Shown here: one piece after another, positions 24,997 to 35,750 of the stretch
Position numbering within the stretch: the stretch's first letter is position 1
Layout: the number at the start of each line of letters is the position of its first letter
Assembly: GCA_944358985.1 (NCBI GenBank)
Contig: CALVSI010000001.1
Coordinates: 13,846 to 77,845, forward strand
Reading direction: 5' to 3'
Source: an uncultured Bacilli bacterium
Lineage (GTDB): Bacteria > Bacillota_I > Bacilli_A > RFN20 > CAG-826
DNA length: 64,000 bases
Notes under the pieces: model-generated
What the model saw: only the letters and a program-made list of their open reading frames with translations
The model's database searches: none
Told to the model about the DNA's origin: nothing
Position numbers and translations under genes: made by a program

Positions 24997-27345
24997 ATGT
25001 CGATTTATGAATTAACATTATCTGTTCATCAATTAGTGGATTTTTTATTAAGAAGTGGAGATATTGATAATCGTATTTTTAATCGCGAAGCTATGAACGA
25101 GGGCTCGAGGTTTCATAGTTATTATCAAAACCAGCAAAACGAAAATTATATTAGTGAATATCCTTTAAAACACACTTTTAATTATGAAAATTATAAAATA
25201 ACTCTCCAAGGAAGAGCGGATGGAATAATTTTAGATAAAGGAAATTACATTATTGATGAAATCAAAACGACTGTTGATGATTTAAATGACTTTAAAAATA
25301 AAAATTATATTTGGCATTTAGGCCAAGCAAAATGCTATGGTTTACTTTTTATGATAGAAAGAGAAATTGACTTTGTTCAAATCCGGTTATCATATTTTAA
25401 ACAACAAAGTAAAGAAAAAATGTTCATTGTAGAAGATTTACATTTCAAAGATGCTGAAAAGTTTGTTTTTGATTTGTTTAGGCAATATCTTGATTTTTAT
25501 AACATAATAATAAGAAATCGTAATTTGTTAAACGAAACATCTAAAAAATTGCAATTTCCTTTTAAAAATTATCGAAAAGGTCAAAAAAAGTTAGCAAAAT
25601 TCGTTTATTTTGCAGGAAAAAATGACAAAAAATTATTTGTTGAAGCTCCTACAGGTATTGGCAAAACGATGTCGTGTTTATTTCCTTTTGTTAAACTTTT
25701 AAATGAAAATGAAAGAAGCAAAATTTTTTATCTTACCGCAAAAAATTCTGGTAAAGTCGCCGCTAAAAACGCACTAGGTATTTTACTAAATAGTGGATTG
25801 TCGTGTCATAGCATTATTGTCAGTGCAAAAGAAAAAATGTGTCCATTTAAAAATGCAAATTGCAATCCTGATGAATGTGAACTTACAGTCGGTTATTATA
25901 ACAAATTAGCAAAGGTTTTATCATATTACTTACAAAAAGAACAAACATTCGATAAAGAAATAATTTTAGATATCGCCGCAAAAGAAAAAATGTGTCCATT
26001 TGAATTAAGTTTAGATTTATCGTTGTATTGTGATTTAATTATTTGCGACTACAACTATTTTTTTGATCCATTAGTTTATATGAAACGATATTTTGATGAA
26101 GATGCATCATCTTTTTTAATATTAATTGATGAAGCTCATAATTTAGTTGAAAGAAGCAAAGAAATGTATAGTGCTAAAATAGATTTAAGCGCTATTAAAC
26201 AATATAAAAAAGAAAATAAAAATATTGAAAATGCTAAATTAAAAAGATCAATTAATAAATTAATTAAATTAATTAAAAATTATGATGAAAATTGTCCAAA
26301 TGAAAACAATATTTTACCAGATTTATTAGAAAAAACTTATACTTCATTAAAAAATTTTTATAACACATATCTAGATATATCAAAAAATGATAATAAAGTT
26401 ATAAAAAACGAATTAAATGAAATATTCTTGCAAGTTAATAAATTTTTAAAAATTTATGATTTTTATTCGGATTGTTACTTATTATATTTTCATAAAAAAA
26501 TTAATAAGAAATATAATTCTAATTTTTCTTTGAATTTAAAATGTCTTGATGCATCTAAATTTTTAAAAAGTTTAGAAAATATCGTTAAGTCGTGTGTATT
26601 TTTTAGTGCAACACTGACGCCATTTGATTATTACGCTGATTTATTAGGTGGTGATAAAGATCTCGATCCATATTTATCTTTGCCATCTCCTTTTCCTATG
26701 GATAATTTATTGTTGATGGTTGCTCCTAATATCTCTATAAAATATTCCAATCGTTCACTTACATATCAAATTGTTGTTGATTATATTAAAGAATTTATAT
26801 CACATAAAATTGGAAATTATTTTATTTATGTGCCTAGTTATGAATATTTAAATAATCTTTCATCATATTTATCAATACTGAATGCTGAAATTTATATTCA
26901 AAAGCAAGACATGAATGATGACGAAAAAATAGATTTTTTGGATAAATTTAGTATAAATCCAGTAAAAACTACTATCGGAATAGTTGTTTTAGGAGGGACA
27001 TTTTCAGAAGGAATAGATCTTGTAAGTGATCGATTAATTGGTGCTGTTATTATTGGAGTTGGTTTACCTAAAATAAGCTTTGAACTAGATGAGACAGTGA
27101 AATATTATGATAAAAAAAATATGCATGGTAACGATTATGTTTATGTTAATCCTGGGATGAATAAAGTTATGCAAGCTGTAGGGCGGGTTATACGAAGTGA
27201 AAAAGATCGTGGTGCAGTCTTATTAATAGATGAAAGATATACACTAAATAAATATCAGGACTTATTCAAGAAAGAATGGGCACATTATAAAGTCGTATTT
27301 AATAAAGAAGACATAAAGAAATTAATGAATAACTTTTATAAATAG
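24997..27345 (+). CDS. fusion of N-terminal RecB/Cas4-type PD-(D/E)XK nuclease domain with XPD/DinG-family Fe-S DNA helicase
   Basis: Nuclease motifs GRADG (D75), IDEIK (E88-x-K90) and QAKCY (QxxxY). Helicase Walker A APTGIGKT and DEAH box LIDEAHN. A four-Cys cluster lies between them (CPFKNANCNPDEC ... CPF). C-terminal motifs GTFSEGID and QAVGRVIR. Confidence 0.75.
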   Translation: MSIYELTLSVHQLVDFLLRSGDIDNRIFNREAMNEGSRFHSYYQNQQNENYISEYPLKHTFNYENYKITLQGRADGIILDKGNYIIDEIKTTVDDLNDFKNKNYIWHLGQAKCYGLLFMIEREIDFVQIRLSYFKQQSKEKMFIVEDLHFKDAEKFVFDLFRQYLDFYNIIIRNRNLLNETSKKLQFPFKNYRKGQKKLAKFVYFAGKNDKKLFVEAPTGIGKTMSCLFPFVKLLNENERSKIFYLTAKNSGKVAAKNALGILLNSGLSCHSIIVSAKEKMCPFKNANCNPDECELTVGYYNKLAKVLSYYLQKEQTFDKEIILDIAAKEKMCPFELSLDLSLYCDLIICDYNYFFDPLVYMKRYFDEDASSFLILIDEAHNLVERSKEMYSAKIDLSAIKQYKKENKNIENAKLKRSINKLIKLIKNYDENCPNENNILPDLLEKTYTSLKNFYNTYLDISKNDNKVIKNELNEIFLQVNKFLKIYDFYSDCYLLYFHKKINKKYNSNFSLNLKCLDASKFLKSLENIVKSCVFFSATLTPFDYYADLLGGDKDLDPYLSLPSPFPMDNLLLMVAPNISIKYSNRSLTYQIVVDYIKEFISHKIGNYFIYVPSYEYLNNLSSYLSILNAEIYIQKQDMNDDEKIDFLDKFSINPVKTTIGIVVLGGTFSEGIDLVSDRLIGAVIIGVGLPKISFELDETVKYYDKKNMHGNDYVYVNPGMNKVMQAVGRVIRSEKDRGAVLLIDERYTLNKYQDLFKKEWAHYKVVFNKEDIKKLMNNFYK
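25825..25848 (+). repeat. 24-nt exact direct repeat, copy 1 (GCAAAAGAAAAAATGTGTCCATTT)
   Basis: Identical to 25978-26001, 153 nt (51 codons) downstream and in the same frame. Encodes AKEKMCPF. Confidence 0.9.
25978..26001 (+). repeat. 24-nt exact direct repeat, copy 2
   Basis: Identical to 25825-25848. The flanking bases differ on both sides. Confidence 0.9.
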
Positions 27346-27362
27346 TATAAAATACTAAAAGT

Positions 27363-29177
27363 ATGGAATTTGATCAAAGTAAAATTAGAAATTTTTCAAT
27401 AATTGCTCATATAGATCACGGCAAATCTACGTTAGCGGATCGTATTTTGGAAATGACTGGTGCAGTAGAAGAAAGAGAGATGAAAGATCAACTTCTAGAT
27501 TCGATGGATTTAGAACGCGAAAGAGGAATAACTATCAAATTAAACGCTGTGACATTAAAATATTTTGCTAATGACGGAGTTGAATATGTGTTTAATTTAA
27601 TTGATACACCCGGGCATGTCGACTTTTCGTATGAAGTATCACGTTCTCTTGCCGCTTGTGAAGGAGCGCTTTTAGTTGTTGATGCATCTCAAGGTGTAGA
27701 AGCTCAAACTTTAGCCAATGTCTATCTAGCTATTGACAACGATTTAACGATAATTCCTATTATTAATAAAATAGATTTGCCAAGTGCTCAAATCGAGCTA
27801 GTAAAAGAAGAAATTGAAAAACGAATAGGAATAGATTGCGCTAATGCATGTCTTGTCAGTGCAAAAAAAGGTACTAATATAAAAGATGTTTTAGAAAGTG
27901 TTGTAAAATACATTCCAGCTCCGAAAGGAAACATAAACGAGCCTTTAAAAGCGTTAATATTCGATAGTTTTTATGATTCATATCGTGGTGTAGTAGTTTT
28001 AGTAAGAATATTTGATGGAGAAGTTAATGTTGGTGATAAAATTTATTTATTCAATGCAAAAAAAGAATATCAAGTAACTGAAGTTGGTATAAGAACACCA
28101 AAAGAAATTAAATTAAAAAAATTATATGCTGGTCAAGTAGGATTTATTTGTGCACAAATAAAAGATATTAAAGATGTTCATCCTGGCGATACAATAACTT
28201 TAAAAGATAATATGGCAAATGCTCCATTAAGCGGATATCGAAAGATTAATCCGATGGTTTATTGTGGCTTGTATCCAGTTGATAGTGATGATTATCAAGC
28301 ATTAAAAGAAGCTTTAGAAAAATTATCTTTAAATGATGCTTCTTTATATCATGAAGCTGAATCATCTCAAGCTCTTGGATTTGGATTTAGACTAGGATTT
28401 CTTGGCCTTTTACATATGGATGTCGTTCAAGAACGTTTAGAAAGAGAATATAATTTAAACTTAGTATTAACCGCTCCTAGTGTAATTTATAAAATAAATT
28501 TAACTAACAAAGAAGTTTTGTATTTAGATAATCCAAGCAAATTACCTGATATGAGCAAAGTCGATAGTATAGAAGAGCCATATGTTCTAGCAAAAATTAT
28601 GTCGCCGCAAGAATATATCGGACCAATTATGGAACTATGTCAAGATAAAAGAGGAATATATAAAGATCTTAGTTATTTTGATGATACAAGAACGATTCTT
28701 ACATATGAAATACCTTTATCGGAAATTATTTATAATTTTTTTGATAAATTAAAGTCTGTTACAAAAGGATATGCATCATTAGATTATGAAATTAGCGAAT
28801 ATAAAAAATCAAATTTAGTGAAACTAGACATTTTATTAAACGGGCAAGTTGTTGATGCTTTATCTAGTATAGTTTATAAGCCTAGTGCATATAATCGCGG
28901 TTTAAATATAATTCGTAATTTAAAAAATATAATACCTAGACAGCAATTTGAAGTTCCAGTTCAGGCTTCTATTGGTGGAAAAGTTATAGCACGTGTTGAT
29001 ATTAAAGCAGTCCGAAAGGATGTTTTAGCTAAATGCTATGGTGGGGATATTACTCGCAAAAAGAAATTACTCGAAAAACAAAAAGAAGGCAAAAAAAGAC
29101 TTAAAAAAGTTGGCTCAATTGAGATTCCACAAGAAGCGTTTATGTCAATACTTGCTATTGATGATGAGAATAATTAG
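27363..29177 (+). CDS. lepA: translation elongation factor 4
   Basis: 604 aa. [21 protein letters not shown]1 motif, DTPGH, NKID, and the LepA-specific C-terminal domain (..[23 protein letters not shown]). Confidence 0.95.
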   Translation: MEFDQSKIRNFSIIAHIDHGKSTLADRILEMTGAVEEREMKDQLLDSMDLERERGITIKLNAVTLKYFANDGVEYVFNLIDTPGHVDFSYEVSRSLAACEGALLVVDASQGVEAQTLANVYLAIDNDLTIIPIINKIDLPSAQIELVKEEIEKRIGIDCANACLVSAKKGTNIKDVLESVVKYIPAPKGNINEPLKALIFDSFYDSYRGVVVLVRIFDGEVNVGDKIYLFNAKKEYQVTEVGIRTPKEIKLKKLYAGQVGFICAQIKDIKDVHPGDTITLKDNMANAPLSGYRKINPMVYCGLYPVDSDDYQALKEALEKLSLNDASLYHEAESSQALGFGFRLGFLGLLHMDVVQERLEREYNLNLVLTAPSVIYKINLTNKEVLYLDNPSKLPDMSKVDSIEEPYVLAKIMSPQEYIGPIMELCQDKRGIYKDLSYFDDTRTILTYEIPLSEIIYNFFDKLKSVTKGYASLDYEISEYKKSNLVKLDILLNGQVVDALSSIVYKPSAYNRGLNIIRNLKNIIPRQQFEVPVQASIGGKVIARVDIKAVRKDVLAKCYGGDITRKKKLLEKQKEGKKRLKKVGSIEIPQEAFMSILAIDDENN

Positions 29178-29246
29178 TAGATTTTTAGTATTCATATTGA
29201 ATAGTCTATATTTTTTTATATAATAATATAAAAGAGGGAAATATAT

Positions 29247-30689
29247 ATGGCATATGATGGAATACCAATTCGTTTTACCGAAAATAAATACGCGACTAAA
29301 CTAGAAGTCTCTAATGAATTAAAGACTCCGATGATTGATGTTTTTTGGACTAAAATTTTAGAATACAGAAAACAATATTCGCGTGCTTTGCCACTTTTTT
29401 CTATCGATAAAAAAGTATATTTTTATTGTTTAGCTCCTGCAGTTGCAAACAAGATTAACGATTGTGAAATGCGTGTTATTAATTTCTTGAGCAAATATAG
29501 CGGAATTAAAACTAATTATACGAATGATACATCATTATTTACAAACAACTGTTATGTTAATATTTGTGAAAATATTTGTAAAAAATATAACTTTGATGTC
29601 GATGAAAATTATTTGTCTATGCTTGTAAATCATAAAATTCATGATAATAGTAAAGCATATTTTGTTTTAAATAACTATTTATCAGGTTTGCAAGTTGCGA
29701 GCAACTTAATCGATAAAGCAATCAACGAAGATACAATCGCCGAAATATATTCTACAATTACAAATAATTTTGAATTAACTAATTTATATCGCGAAAAAGA
29801 TAATTATATTTCTCATGCTGTGATAAATCCCATTTTTAATGAGGCACCATGCGGAATGATTGAAAAATTGATGGACGATTTTTTTAAATTTATTGATGGG
29901 TTTGAATGCAGTTATTTAGTTAAAGCCGCAGCGACTTATTATTATTTAAATCTCATAAAACCATTTGATGAATATAATCAAGAAATGGCAATTATAATAA
30001 CTAAATTAGTTTTAGCAAAAAATAATCTTAACGATTTAGCTTTCTTGTTGCCCCTTGAAGAAATGTTAACAAGCGATAATCAAAATATTGAAAAAGTATT
30101 GCTAGAAGTTCAAAAAAGCGAAGATTTAACATATTTCTTGTTGTATTTCATTGAAATTATTAACGAAGAAATAGCGTTCTTGTTAAATAAAATGAATAAT
30201 TTGCAAGCATTAGAATTAAAAAATGATTATTATGCTGAATCTTATAAGGAAGCTAATCTTAAAATAGAAGACGTTAAAGAAAATAATATAGAACAAAAAC
30301 AATTAAAAAACGAAATTATTAATCAAAAAGATAATTCATTAGATGTAGAAAAAGAAATTCCTCAAAAAAGCCATAATGTTGAAACAAATAATGAAGTATA
30401 TCAAGGATTAGCAATCCCTGTTTTACCACCTTCATTAAGCGAAAAGGATTTACAAAGATTGGAAGAAAATCTTTTGGAAAGCGATCCGCAGTTAAAACAT
30501 GGCCAAGCTTATTTTTATGTCCGTCATTGTACAATAGGCAAAAGATACACCATTGGACAATATAAAAAAGAATTAGGATGCGCATATGAAACAGCACGCA
30601 CTTCAATGGACCTATTAGCAAAACTTGGCTATTATCGTCAAGAAATGGTAAAAAACAAAAAAGTATATACACCAATTAAAAGAAAGTAG
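29247..30689 (+). CDS. Fic-fold-like protein with degenerate active-site motif and C-terminal winged-helix domain (tentative)
   Basis: The segment YYYLNLIKPFDEYNQEMAIIITKLVL aligns by eye to the Fic core (IHPFxDGNGRxxR), but His, Gly, Gly and both Arg are replaced. The C-terminal YTIGQYKKELGCAYETARTSMDLLAKLGY looks like a wHTH. There is a low-complexity acidic linker. Confidence 0.45.
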   Translation: MAYDGIPIRFTENKYATKLEVSNELKTPMIDVFWTKILEYRKQYSRALPLFSIDKKVYFYCLAPAVANKINDCEMRVINFLSKYSGIKTNYTNDTSLFTNNCYVNICENICKKYNFDVDENYLSMLVNHKIHDNSKAYFVLNNYLSGLQVASNLIDKAINEDTIAEIYSTITNNFELTNLYREKDNYISHAVINPIFNEAPCGMIEKLMDDFFKFIDGFECSYLVKAAATYYYLNLIKPFDEYNQEMAIIITKLVLAKNNLNDLAFLLPLEEMLTSDNQNIEKVLLEVQKSEDLTYFLLYFIEIINEEIAFLLNKMNNLQALELKNDYYAESYKEANLKIEDVKENNIEQKQLKNEIINQKDNSLDVEKEIPQKSHNVETNNEVYQGLAIPVLPPSLSEKDLQRLEENLLESDPQLKHGQAYFYVRHCTIGKRYTIGQYKKELGCAYETARTSMDLLAKLGYYRQEMVKNKKVYTPIKRK

Positions 30690-30691
30690 GG

Positions 30692-30961
30692 ATGAATGTT
30701 ATGATGGTTAATATGTTGATGTCTATAAATGATCCGATTGCGATATTTTTGATAATTCTTGGCTGTGCTATTGTTATCGCAGCAGTAGCCTTGATTATTT
30801 ATAAAGTTCTTCATCCAAAACTAAAACAGGAAGAAAAGAAAATTGATGAAGAAAAAGCAGTGCAAGAAGAATTAAATCGCGTTTTGGAACCAATTGATGA
30901 TGAAAAATTAAGTCAAGATATTCAAAATTATAAATCTGATGAAGATAAACCAAAGAAATAA
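30692..30961 (+). CDS. small single-pass membrane protein with charged C-terminal tail (hypothetical)
   Basis: One hydrophobic helix (PIAIFLIILGCAIVIAAVALIIY) followed by a Lys/Glu/Asp-rich tail. Several alternative ATG starts. No recognisable family. Confidence 0.4.
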   Translation: MNVMMVNMLMSINDPIAIFLIILGCAIVIAAVALIIYKVLHPKLKQEEKKIDEEKAVQEELNRVLEPIDDEKLSQDIQNYKSDEDKPKK

Positions 30962-32078
30962 TAAGATTGAAAGTTTATACATTCACATACCTTTTTGTAA
31001 CAATATATGTACATATTGTGATTTTAGCAAATTTATTTATCGCAAAGATTGGGTAGATAAATATTTAAGAAGTTTAAAACGAGAATTTTTATCATACAAT
31101 ATTAATAAAAACGAGATAAAAACAATTTATTTTGGTGGTGGAACGCCTTCTTCTTTAACTTGTTCTCAAATTAGAAGACTTCTATTAATATTTAAAGATT
31201 ACCTAAAAATTGCAAAAGAAATAACTTTTGAGGCGAATCCAGAATCATTAGATGTTAAAAAACTAAAATTATTATATTCATTTGGAGTAAATCGATTATC
31301 GCTAGGTGTTGAGACATTTAATCCAGATATTTTACGTGAATTAAATCGAAAACATACAAATACACAAGTAAAAAATATCATATCTAAAGCACGTGATGCT
31401 GGATTTAAAAATATTAATATAGATTTAATTTATGGTTACAAAAGTCAAACATTAGCAGATGTAAAAAAAGATGTCGAGGAAGTAATAAAATTAAATGTAG
31501 AACATATTTCTTATTATAGTTTGTTAGTCGAAGAACACACTAAATTATATAATCAAAGTTATAAACCGCTAGATGATGATACATTACGTAATTATTTTGA
31601 CTATATTCATCAAGTATTGAAAAAAAATAAATATATTCATTACGAAGTTTCAAACTTTGCTAAAAAAGGTTACAAAAGCGAACATAATTTAACTTATTGG
31701 AACAATCAGCAATATTATGGAATTGGATTATCGGCATCTGGATATATAGGAAATGTAAGATATAAAAATACAAACAATCTTATGAAATATTTCTCCAATC
31801 AGTATAAATATAGTGAAGAATTAGTAGATATTAAAGATGATTTAACTTATTATCTAATGTTGAAATTGCGTTTAAAACAAGGCTTCAATAAAGACGAATT
31901 CAAAAACAAGTTTCATTTTGATATCAACACGGTAGAGCCTTTGTTAAATAAATTGGAAAATCATAAATATCTTCATAACACAAATAACCAGATATCGCTA
32001 ACTTACAGCGGAATGATGATTTTAGACGATATTGTCAGCGAATTATTATTAGAAATAGAAAAAAATTATTTTATATAA
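30939..32078 (+). CDS. hemW: radical SAM heme chaperone HemW (HemN-like, oxygen-independent coproporphyrinogen oxidase family)
   Basis: SLYIHIPFCNNICTYCDF (CxxxCxxC radical-SAM motif), GGGTPS, and a C-terminal HemN_C domain. Conserved position between lepA and hrcA. Confidence 0.85.
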   Translation: MKINQRNNKIESLYIHIPFCNNICTYCDFSKFIYRKDWVDKYLRSLKREFLSYNINKNEIKTIYFGGGTPSSLTCSQIRRLLLIFKDYLKIAKEITFEANPESLDVKKLKLLYSFGVNRLSLGVETFNPDILRELNRKHTNTQVKNIISKARDAGFKNINIDLIYGYKSQTLADVKKDVEEVIKLNVEHISYYSLLVEEHTKLYNQSYKPLDDDTLRNYFDYIHQVLKKNKYIHYEVSNFAKKGYKSEHNLTYWNNQQYYGIGLSASGYIGNVRYKNTNNLMKYFSNQYKYSEELVDIKDDLTYYLMLKLRLKQGFNKDEFKNKFHFDINTVEPLLNKLENHKYLHNTNNQISLTYSGMMILDDIVSELLLEIEKNYFI

Positions 32079-32103
32079 TAAAATAAAGAAATTTTTGTAA
32101 AAA

Positions 32104-32130
32104 CTAGCACTTTTTTATTGACAGTGCTAT
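32104..32130. promoter_or_regulatory. CIRCE operator 1 (HrcA binding site), overlapping the -35
   Basis: CTAGCACTT-N9-CAGTGCTAT compared with consensus TTAGCACTC-N9-GAGTGCTAA (7 of 9 matches in each arm). Confidence 0.7.
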
Positions 32131-32145
32131 TTTATCGTATATAAT
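32118..32145 (+). promoter_or_regulatory. sigma-A promoter of the hrcA-grpE-dnaK-dnaJ operon
   Basis: TTGACA (32118-32123), 16-nt spacer, TATAAT (32140-32145). Flanked by the two CIRCE elements. Confidence 0.6.
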
Positions 32146-32150
32146 AATTT

Positions 32151-32177
32151 TTAGCACTTGGAAAAAGTAAGTGCCAA
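32151..32177. promoter_or_regulatory. CIRCE operator 2 (HrcA binding site), in the 5' leader
   Basis: TTAGCACTT-N9-AAGTGCCAA compared with consensus TTAGCACTC-N9-GAGTGCTAA. Lies between the -10 and the SD of hrcA. Confidence 0.75.
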
Positions 32178-32188
32178 AGGAGGGAAAT

Positions 32189-33217
32189 ATGACACTTAAT
32201 AGGCGCGATCAAATTCTCAAATATATCGTTGAGCATTTTGTAAAGACCGCTCAGCCTGTTGGTAGCAAAACTCTAATTGAGGAATATCATTTGAAATATT
32301 CTAGTGCAACAATTAGAAATGAAATGTATGCTCTTGAACAATTAGGCTTTTTAGAAAAAACACATTCTTCCAGCGGACGTATTCCAAGCGCTGAAGGATA
32401 TCGCTTTTATTGCGAATATCTAAGAGATAGAAATGTTGATGATGAATTTAAAATTATGGTGGAGGATATTTTCAAGGAAAAAAGTAAATCCATCGATGAA
32501 ATTATTCGTTCCTCTTGCCAAATTCTCTCGCACATGACTAATTTAGCTAGTGTGGTATTAGGACCAGATGTTAATCAAGAAAAATTAGCCTCAATTCAAT
32601 TAATACCGCTTTCTGAGACAAGTGCCAGTGCAGTGTTTGTGACAAATCAAGGATTTGTTCAAAATCGTACATTTGTGATAGATAGCAACATTAGTATGGA
32701 TGATTTAAAGTCTTGTTTGAATTTGTTAAACGAACGTTTAAAAGGAACACCAATATGCAATCTTTTAGATAAGATGGAAGCACTAAAACCTGTTTTGAGC
32801 GATTATATTGTCAACCATGATGTTTTATATAAAGCTCTTATGGAAGCGTTTATAAGATTTGCAAACGATCGATTAACACTTTATGGTCAAAATGAATTAT
32901 TCAATCAGCCAGAATTCGCAAGTAATGCAGATTCTATGAAAAAATTAATTCGTCTTTTAGACTCTCCAAAAGACTTAAAAAATAGAGGGGACAATTCACA
33001 AAGCGACTATAAAGAAGGTAATATCGTAATTCATATTGGCACAAATGTTGAGGATAGTCCTGATGTTTCTATAATATCTACTAAATTTAAGATATCTGAT
33101 ATTCCGGAAGGAACTATCGCGCTAGTGGGTCCAAAAAGAATGGATTATGATAAAGCATTATCCGCACTTGAATTTCTAGTCAAACAATTGCAAGAGCACT
33201 ACAAAAAGGAGGAATAG
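32189..33217 (+). CDS. hrcA: heat-inducible transcription repressor HrcA
   Basis: The N-terminus (L..R...IL..IV..FV.TAQPVGSKTL ... SSATIRNEM..LE..G.L.K.H.SSGRIP) is canonical HrcA. GGAGGG SD precedes ATG 32189. The ORF-track GTG at 32171 lies inside CIRCE 2. Confidence 0.9.
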   Translation: MTLNRRDQILKYIVEHFVKTAQPVGSKTLIEEYHLKYSSATIRNEMYALEQLGFLEKTHSSSGRIPSAEGYRFYCEYLRDRNVDDEFKIMVEDIFKEKSKSIDEIIRSSCQILSHMTNLASVVLGPDVNQEKLASIQLIPLSETSASAVFVTNQGFVQNRTFVIDSNISMDDLKSCLNLLNERLKGTPICNLLDKMEALKPVLSDYIVNHDVLYKALMEAFIRFANDRLTLYGQNELFNQPEFASNADSMKKLIRLLDSPKDLKNRGDNSQSDYKEGNIVIHIGTNVEDSPDVSIISTKFKISDIPEGTIALVGPKRMDYDKALSALEFLVKQLQEHYKKEE

Positions 33218-33222
33218 TTGAT

Positions 33223-33843
33223 ATGGAAAAAGAAAATAAAACAAATGTTAACGAAAACACTGTTAAATCTGATGAAACTGTTTCTAATACAAACGAAATT
33301 ATTGGAAAAAAAGCCTTTAAAGAAAAATTAGCGAAAAAAAACGAAGAAATCGAACAATTAAAACAAGAAGTAGAAAAATGGAAAAACGATTATTATCGTG
33401 CATACGCTGATACGCAAAATTTACGCAATAGTCTTCAAAAAGATTATTCAAACGCCTTGCGATATCGAAGTGAAGGTTTTTTGGAAAAATTGTTACCAGT
33501 TATTGATAGTTTCAATCTAGCTTTGCAAACAAAGCCAAAAGATCAAGCGATGTTAAATTATTTGACTGGATTTGAATATATATATAAAAACATGATGCAA
33601 GCTTTAGAAAGCGAAGGAGTCAATGAAATAAAACCCAATATTGGTGATAAGTTTGATTCTAACATTATGAATGCAATTGATACTGTTGAATCCGATGGTG
33701 AAGAAAATCGTGTAATGCAAGTCTATTGTGTTGCTGTTAAACTTCACGATCGTATTATAAGACACGCCAATGTAGTGGTAAGCAAAAAACCACTACCAAA
33801 AGAAAACAAAGAAAATATAAGCGAAGAAAAACCACAAGCTTAA
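33223..33843 (+). CDS. grpE: nucleotide exchange factor GrpE
   Basis: 206 aa. Coiled-coil N-terminus, then YYRAYADTQNLRN and the LLPVIDSF motif. Confidence 0.9.
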   Translation: MEKENKTNVNENTVKSDETVSNTNEIIGKKAFKEKLAKKNEEIEQLKQEVEKWKNDYYRAYADTQNLRNSLQKDYSNALRYRSEGFLEKLLPVIDSFNLALQTKPKDQAMLNYLTGFEYIYKNMMQALESEGVNEIKPNIGDKFDSNIMNAIDTVESDGEENRVMQVYCVAVKLHDRIIRHANVVVSKKPLPKENKENISEEKPQA

Positions 33844-33848
33844 TATAG

Positions 33849-35684
<1,836 letters not shown>

Positions 35685-35699
35685 AAATTGTAAAAACAT

Positions 35700-35721
35700 G
35701 AAAGGGGCATATGCCCCTTTC
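35700..35721 (+). terminator. perfect 22-nt palindrome between dnaK and dnaJ (attenuator, processing or stabiliser hairpin)
   Basis: GAAAGGGGCATATGCCCCTTTC forms a 9-bp stem with a GC-rich core and a 4-nt loop, 16 nt after the dnaK stop. No contiguous U-run follows, so it is at most a weak terminator. Confidence 0.45.
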
Positions 35722-35750
35722 TAAATGTATTTTAGAGAAAGGAGAACGTT

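Noticed and set aside
29038-29223. 61-aa plus-strand ORF overlapping the lepA 3' end in another frame.
   Set aside because: It overlaps the conserved LepA C-terminal domain. It is a Lys-rich frame-shifted shadow with no independent start signals.
30319-30675. 118-aa minus-strand ORF antisense to the 3' part of the Fic-like gene. Similar shadow ORFs occur at 1804-2088, 41798-42115, 51311-51622, 22351-22632, 21579-21800, 35972-36181 and elsewhere.
   Set aside because: All lie entirely within well-supported genes with strong family motifs. They have no SD and a Phe/Ile/Leu/Ser/Asn-biased low-complexity composition, typical of chance open frames opposite coding sequence in AT-rich DNA.
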